From a bacterium (GTDB lineage Bacteria > Hinthialibacterota > Hinthialibacteria > Hinthialibacterales > Hinthialibacteraceae), in contig JBHGBC010000145.1 in assembly GCA_041946805.1 (NCBI GenBank), positions 1 to 15,961 of the forward strand: a stretch of DNA of 15,961 nt, written 5' to 3'. This document shows, one piece after another, positions 8,007-13,353 of this stretch (positions are counted from its first letter, which is position 1; each line of letters starts with the position of its first letter). The position numbers and the translations under genes were made by a program. The notes below the pieces were generated by a model, which was not told the DNA's origin, ran no database searches, and saw only the letters and a list, made by a program, of their open reading frames with translations.

Positions 8007-8282
8007 GTCATCCCCACGAAAGCGGAGATCCACGTGAATTGGATGGGTTACGCGCTGTCGCGTTAATCCATCCTGCCGCATTAGTTCGGCCAGGATTGAA
8101 ACCCTGGGCTATTTTAAATCGTCCCTTGAAGGGGACTCAAATACTATGGACTAACTTTGCAGAAGATAGTGGGTTTCGCTTCGCTCAACCCACCCTGCGC
8201 CTTGCCCTCACCCCGGCCCTCTCCCCGAGGGAGAGGGAAAAGTGACTTGAGGTGGGCTACGCCGCGCTTGAGCCTGCCCTGC
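8007..8282. repeat. intergenic mosaic 4 of short repeat elements
   Basis: dRS3-like GTCATCCCCACGAAAGCGGAGATCCA (8007-8032); REP-like hairpins ending CCTGC at 8041-8076, 8169-8198 and 8251-8282; CCAGG/CCTGG-GCTA-9nt-GTCCC/GGGAC double hairpin (8090-8136); BoxC-like 8205-8237. Confidence 0.85.
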
Positions 8283-8363
8283 TGAAATCATAGGTGGCGT
8301 GCAAGTACAGTCAAGCAAGCGCGTTTCCGGTGAATCGATAAAGGATCCCGCCGGCCGCTCCGC

Positions 8364-8392
8364 TTTCGTGGGCCGCCCCGGTTTTCTATAAT
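8364..8392 (+). promoter_or_regulatory. possible promoter for the 944-aa membrane protein
   Basis: Perfect TATAAT at 8387-8392, 41 nt before ATG 8434, in GC-rich context; the -35 candidate (TTTCGT 8364-8369) is weak. Confidence 0.35.
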
Positions 8393-8433
8393 AGCCGAAA
8401 TCCACATCGCATCGGACATGAGCGGCCGCCGGC

Positions 8434-11268
8434 ATGAAGAACCAATCCGCGTTTCCCCGCCTTCTGGGAGAGATTCTCTTTTTCCTGTCATTTTTGTTGA
8501 TGATCGTGCTCTCGTGGAAGATCGCCGAGGCAGGAGCGGCGCCCTTCATTTTCTTCCCCGCTTTTTTCGATGCCTTCGCTACCGCCGGATTCCTAGTATT
8601 TCTATTTCTGCTTCTTTTTCGCTTGGGCTCTTTTTCTGGGAACCATCCGCCGAACCGCATGCGGCGAGTCATGAAAGAATGCGCCATGCCCGGAGTGCTG
8701 GTGGGCGTGTCGTTCTACTGGTTTGGCGGCCTGTTCGGGGATGGCTTTCCCTCCACCATCGACCACGCCACCCGCCTGCTGCGCTGCGATTTGACCGAGC
8801 GCGCCCTGTGGGAGCATGGAACTCTGCTGCCCTGGACCTCGGCCATCGGGGCGGGAGTTCCGCTGAACGATTTGTACCCTCCCGGCGGCGAAATACTCTA
8901 TTGCCTGATCCGGCTGCTGTCGTGCTTCACGCTGGAGCGCGAGACCGCGTACGGCCTTATCGTATTCACGGCCTGGTTGGTTCTGCTGGGATCGTTGTAC
9001 GGCGCGGGACGGTATTATTCCGGCATCGCGGGAGGAACCCTCGCCGCGCTCCTGCTTCTCCTCGATCCCGGTTCCATCGCCCTGCCCGGCTGGGCGCAGG
9101 GATTTTCCGTAGGCATGTGGCCGGTGATCCTCAGCGCGGGATTTTTGGTTCTGACCGTGACGCTATTTGGCGCGACATTGCATCATTCCGCCGGCCGGGG
9201 GCGGATGCTATGGCTGGCCTTGCTCGTCATGGCCGCGCCGCTGGCGCACGTCATGGCCTTGCTGGGGCTGATTTTGGCATTACCGGTGGTGACCGGGGTT
9301 GGCTTTCTCCACGCGGAGAACCGTTCTCTCTATATCCGCCGCACGTTACGCAATGGCTTATTTTCCCTATTCGGACTGGGTATGGCGGCCTGGTGGGTGA
9401 TTCCTTTCTTTCTCAGCAGCGGCTGGACCCTCCCTTATGGCGCGCCGGTCATCTCCCCCGCCATGCGGGCCGCGCGGATCGTGGAAGGAACGTTGTTCGA
9501 AAACACGCCGCCGCTTTTCGCTTACCTCGGCCTGCTGGGAACCGGCTGGGGAATTTGTAGCGGCCAACCGATGATGACCGCCTGTTCGCTGCTGTATTGG
9601 GCCTTTTTGCTGCTCAATCTGGATACGCTGTACACCTGGTTCTTCTCCCCGGCCCTTTCGGGCCTCATCATGAACGTGCCGCTGTACCGCTTCGGGGGAT
9701 ATTCCAAACTGCTGGGCTATATCCTGGCCGGAGGGATGGCGCAAAGCCTCCTGGCCCAAGCCGGGCCCGCCTTGGAACGTTGTGGCAAACGGATTTATGC
9801 CTTTGGCCGGCCGGCAGTAGAAAACCATCCATTGGTTTGGATTCCCGGCAGCCTGCTCGCGTGCCTGCTGGCAACCCTGGGCGTTGCCATGGCGGTACCC
9901 CTCGGCCGGTCGTTGGGTACCACCTTTCAAAGACATTACGGCGGGACCGAACGGTTTCCCATCGCTACCAGCGCCACCCATCCCTCGTTCGTCCATGATT
10001 TCGAGCAAGCGATGGCGAAAATCCAGAGCCTCGAGCCGCACCACGCGGCTGCCGATGCGTTTTTCCTGCCCTTGTCGTGTCCCCGCATCGGCATTCAAAC
10101 CAACGTCATCGAAAGCGCCATCCCGTTTGAGTACGGTTTCGGCATCGTCCCGCCCCGCTATATGCCGGCCACGACGTTTTCCACCCGAGCCGCGTGGACG
10201 GATGTCTCCGCCCCGTATCTCGCCGGTATGAAATATTTCATCGCCTACGGCGGCCTCGCGCAAAATCTGGAAGCGCAACCGGATTGGGAAGCGCCGCGGC
10301 GGTTCGGTGAGGTGACTCTATTGCGCAACCGGCGGTATCTTGCCAATCCGGTTTTTCTGCTGGGGGAGACCCGGGGAACCGCCACGGTGGAAATCCAGGA
10401 ATCCGGCCGTCTGGGCATCCGCCTGCGGGGCTTGGAAAGCGAAACCTGGCTGCGGGTGGGGATCTCGCGCTACCGCAAATGGCGCGCGCGTCTCAATGGA
10501 CAGGCGGTCCCCATCCAGGAACACATCGAACCGCACGAACCGCTGGACGTGGGCCGCTATATCAGTGTTCCCGTTCAAAACGGATTTTTGGAATTGACCT
10601 ATCAACCGGAATCCCTGGACTGGGCGGCGTATATTCTGTCAATTTCATCCTTGATCTGCTTAATGATCATTCTGACCTGGAGAGGTTTATTCCACTATTT
10701 TTCGTTTACAACGATTCCGCCGCACAGGTCCCGCTTGGCTCCCATTCCACCCGCTGGGAAACGCCTGACCATCGTATTTGTGATGTTGATGATGCTTGGG
10801 ACCGCCGGCTATGGCTTGCTCTTTCATGACAACGCCACGCGCTTCTGGTACGCGGGAATCACCACGGACGCCTTGGGACGGATGAAGGGGGAACCGGACG
10901 GCGAGCTGGATCTCGAGTTTGCCGTCCACTTCGGAGAAGATGTCCGGGGCAAGACACTTGATTCGATCACGCTTCACGAAATCCGCCGCGCGGGCCTGCC
11001 TCCCACCGCCAACGCCTGGAGCACGCGGGCCGGCCCCTTGTGGAAAATCCGCGTGGCGGCCTGGAACGAAACGCCGCCGCGCTGGGACCGCAATGGGGAG
11101 CCGATGAACATCCCCCTCTCGCCCCCGCACTCGCTGCGGCTCTTCGCGGCCAATCCTTACCGGGGAGACTACGTCGCCGGGGGGACGGAAATCGAACTCA
11201 CCCTGTCGTTCACCGATGGGAGCGCCCTCACGCGGCGTTGCGCACTGTGGCCGCAGGGAAACCATTGA
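8434..11268 (+). CDS. large polytopic membrane protein, YfhO / 6-pyruvoyl-tetrahydropterin-synthase-related membrane domain family (probable GT-C glycosyltransferase) with extra C-terminal soluble domain (944 aa)
   Basis: More than 10 hydrophobic helices; early loop 'DHATR...W...GAGVPLNDLYPP' resembles the D-H / GxP..YPP signature of the PTPS-related membrane family; 'SRYRKWRARLNGQAVPI' followed by 'LELTYQP' and a TM resembles the YfhO C-terminal YxPxWxAxVxG block. Confidence 0.75.
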   Translation: MKNQSAFPRLLGEILFFLSFLLMIVLSWKIAEAGAAPFIFFPAFFDAFATAGFLVFLFLLLFRLGSFSGNHPPNRMRRVMKECAMPGVLVGVSFYWFGGLFGDGFPSTIDHATRLLRCDLTERALWEHGTLLPWTSAIGAGVPLNDLYPPGGEILYCLIRLLSCFTLERETAYGLIVFTAWLVLLGSLYGAGRYYSGIAGGTLAALLLLLDPGSIALPGWAQGFSVGMWPVILSAGFLVLTVTLFGATLHHSAGRGRMLWLALLVMAAPLAHVMALLGLILALPVVTGVGFLHAENRSLYIRRTLRNGLFSLFGLGMAAWWVIPFFLSSGWTLPYGAPVISPAMRAARIVEGTLFENTPPLFAYLGLLGTGWGICSGQPMMTACSLLYWAFLLLNLDTLYTWFFSPALSGLIMNVPLYRFGGYSKLLGYILAGGMAQSLLAQAGPALERCGKRIYAFGRPAVENHPLVWIPGSLLACLLATLGVAMAVPLGRSLGTTFQRHYGGTERFPIATSATHPSFVHDFEQAMAKIQSLEPHHAAADAFFLPLSCPRIGIQTNVIESAIPFEYGFGIVPPRYMPATTFSTRAAWTDVSAPYLAGMKYFIAYGGLAQNLEAQPDWEAPRRFGEVTLLRNRRYLANPVFLLGETRGTATVEIQESGRLGIRLRGLESETWLRVGISRYRKWRARLNGQAVPIQEHIEPHEPLDVGRYISVPVQNGFLELTYQPESLDWAAYILSISSLICLMIILTWRGLFHYFSFTTIPPHRSRLAPIPPAGKRLTIVFVMLMMLGTAGYGLLFHDNATRFWYAGITTDALGRMKGEPDGELDLEFAVHFGEDVRGKTLDSITLHEIRRAGLPPTANAWSTRAGPLWKIRVAAWNETPPRWDRNGEPMNIPLSPPHSLRLFAANPYRGDYVAGGTEIELTLSFTDGSALTRRCALWPQGNH

Positions 11269-11274
11269 GAAGAA

Positions 11275-11889
11275 TCACCCGCCCCATGCGCAGAAATTCT
11301 TCAGCATCCGCAGGCCGGCGGGGCCGCTTTTTTCGAGGTGGAACTGAGTGGCGCAAAGATTGTCCTTCGTGACCGCGCTGGCGAAGCGAATGCCGTACTC
11401 GGTCTCGCCGATCACGACGGAAGGATCTTTGGGAACGCAATAGTAGGAATTGACGAAGTAAAACTCGGTGTTCTGGGGCACGCCGGCGAAGAGCGGATGG
11501 GGCCGGACCTGGCGCACTTGGTTCCAGCCGATTTGCGGGATCTTGAAGGATGAATCCGATTCCGGAAACCGCTTCACACTACCCGGCAGGATACCAAGGC
11601 AGGGCGTATCGTCTTCCTCGCTGTAATCGAACAGGATCTGGATGCCGATGCAGATCGCCAGGAAGGGCTTTTTCTGTTCCAGCACCTGTGTTTTGACCAC
11701 CTCCATGAGGCCCGTGCGGCGCAGGACCCCCATGGCCGCGCCCGCCGCCCCCACGCCCGGGAAAATCAGACGGGACGCCCGGCCGATTTCGCGGGGATCA
11801 CGGGTGATGACCGCCTCGTACCCCACGTGCCGCACCGCCCGTTGCACGCTGGTCAAGTTACCGCCTTCGTAATCTATGATCGCAATCAT
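11275..11889 (-). CDS. hisH: imidazole glycerol phosphate synthase glutaminase subunit
   Basis: MIAIIDYEGGNLTSV, FPGVGAAG, nucleophile ICIG, KIPQIGWN, FYFVNSYY, ATQFHLEKSG; class I GATase Cys-His-Glu triad intact. Confidence 0.96.
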   Translation of the reverse strand: MIAIIDYEGGNLTSVQRAVRHVGYEAVITRDPREIGRASRLIFPGVGAAGAAMGVLRRTGLMEVVKTQVLEQKKPFLAICIGIQILFDYSEEDDTPCLGILPGSVKRFPESDSSFKIPQIGWNQVRQVRPHPLFAGVPQNTEFYFVNSYYCVPKDPSVVIGETEYGIRFASAVTKDNLCATQFHLEKSGPAGLRMLKNFCAWGG

Positions 11890-11926
11890 GCTGAATCGTT
11901 GTTTTCTTCCAATGAGTTTCCTGGAA

Positions 11927-11955
11927 ACAGTATCTTTCTCATCTGCCTATTACAA
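11927..11955 (-). promoter_or_regulatory. probable sigma70-type promoter for hisH
   Basis: On the - strand: TTGTAA (11955-11950), 17-nt spacer, TACTGT (11932-11927), 37 nt before the ATG, with an AT-rich upstream tract. Confidence 0.4.
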
Positions 11956-12083
11956 GTCATTCTCTTTTATATTGTGAAGATTAAATAGGCCGATCCCGGA
12001 TACCATCGGGTTCGAATTCTTACTGAGGTTCTGTTGAGTTTTTGTGACGAACCATGGACTGAAATGGAGTCCCGCTTTTTGAC

Positions 12084-12235
12084 CGCCAACGGCGCGCTTC
12101 AACTAGCCCAGGATTTTAGCCCTGGGAGGGTAGCGGCAAAAGTAAATAATCCCCTCTCCCTCTGGGAGAGGATTAGGGTAAGGGAGAGTCCTGAAAAGGC
12201 GCAAAAGCTACCATCCGTGCAATCGGGTAATCCGC
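12084..12235. repeat. intergenic mosaic 5 of short repeat elements
   Basis: CGCC-aac-GGCG, 9 nt, TAGC, CCCAGG...CCTGGG (12084-12126); BoxC-like CCCTCTCCCTCTGGGAGAGGATTAGGGTAAGGG (12152-12184); GTCCTGAAAAGGCGC remnant (about 12188-12202); ATCCGTGCAATCGGGTAATCCGC (12213-12235). Confidence 0.75.
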
Positions 12236-12691
12236 TACATAGAGTTATTTTATGTTATTCGAAAAAAATCAAAAGAACCTGATCCATTATGCTGGTTTGC
12301 CTGGTGTTTTCAACCGCGTTCCCAATCCTCCGGGGATTGCCAGTTTCGAAATTCTTGATCTCCATGCCAGCCGCCGGAGGAATCGTGGGCGGATCCGGTG
12401 CGGCGCGCGGAACGGAATGCCGCCGGCCTTAGATTCTATCCGGCAACAACCCGTTTTTCATGGACCGGACGCGGATTGGTTGCGCGATCGAATGCCCTCA
12501 CCCAGCCTATCTTCAAACCGGCGCTGCGGGCAAGGGCGGGCCGGGTAAACCGGGGCAAGAGCGGGGAAATCTCTTTACACGGAATCCCGAATAGCGCTAG
12601 AGTTTTAAATGAAAGATTCGATCAAGTAATATTTTTACAGGAAATCCGGCGTTTTTGAGAAGCGATGCATATGAGAACCGGTTAAGGGTAG

Positions 12692-13285
12692 ATGCGGATA
12701 TTACACCGGCAGTCCTTCACGATCGTTGAGTTGATGATTGGGGTGTTGATTGTTGGCCTTCTTGCCCTGATGGCTCTCCCGAATTATTTAAATGCCCACA
12801 CGCGATCCAAAATCACCCAAAGCCGGATCGGTTTAAAAATGTACCAGACCATTCAACAAATGTATTTCTTGGAGCACGGGGACATTCCCGGGAGTTACAT
12901 GGGCAAGGAAGAACACTGTCCCTATATCAATCTGGGATACATCACCGCTCCCCTGAGGGATCCGTTCGCGGATGAGAAGGACCTTATGTTTCTCTACCTC
13001 AAAGGGATGCTTTACAGCCATCCAAAATTGCCCATCGACAGCGACTGGCCTTTGGAGGAACATGAAGCGATGAATCCCGGTTTGACCGAAGAATGGTTCC
13101 GCGCGGGAGAGCCATACATCCTTTTTGGCGAAGGGCCCGCAGGTACACAGAGCTGGGTACTGGACCAATGGTTTTCTCCATACGACATCAGCAACGGGAT
13201 CCATAGCAACGGGTGTTTCGTCATGCTGGGGATCAGAGGGAAAGGTCAACCCGGCTTCAATCTTGGGGACCGGAAATGCCGTTAA
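12692..13285 (+). CDS. prepilin-type N-terminal cleavage/methylation domain protein (type IV pilin / T2SS pseudopilin-like, 197 aa)
   Basis: Short basic leader then QS|FTIVELMIGVLIVGLLALMALPNY (F+1, E+5, hydrophobic helix, P+22); internal YITAPLRDPF, GEGP and YDISNGIHSNG; AAGGG upstream. Confidence 0.88.
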   Translation: MRILHRQSFTIVELMIGVLIVGLLALMALPNYLNAHTRSKITQSRIGLKMYQTIQQMYFLEHGDIPGSYMGKEEHCPYINLGYITAPLRDPFADEKDLMFLYLKGMLYSHPKLPIDSDWPLEEHEAMNPGLTEEWFRAGEPYILFGEGPAGTQSWVLDQWFSPYDISNGIHSNGCFVMLGIRGKGQPGFNLGDRKCR

Positions 13286-13353
13286 CGGTCTGTACGCCAA
13301 TACGATGACGGATGTTCCCGCATTTGGCGGCGGCAGTGAGCGAGGGTCGAAAC

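Noticed and set aside
8418..9560. 380-aa same-strand alternative-frame ORF (also 821-1612)
   Set aside because: Arg/Pro/Gly-rich out-of-frame reading of a real gene; the main frame is uninterrupted, so no frameshift is needed.
7192..11889. hisF/hisH as the LPS/O-antigen-cluster paralogs (WbuZ/WbuY type) because a glycosyltransferase-like gene lies between them
   Set aside because: Both sequences look like canonical histidine-pathway subunits, and no N-acetyl sugar amidotransferase or nucleotide-sugar genes are adjacent.
12240..12690. Possible small gene, pseudogene or ncRNA upstream of the pilin-like gene
   Set aside because: The ORFs (12252-12548, 12398-12658) lack a clear RBS or motifs, and I recognise no riboswitch or tRNA fold; an Rfam search would be needed.
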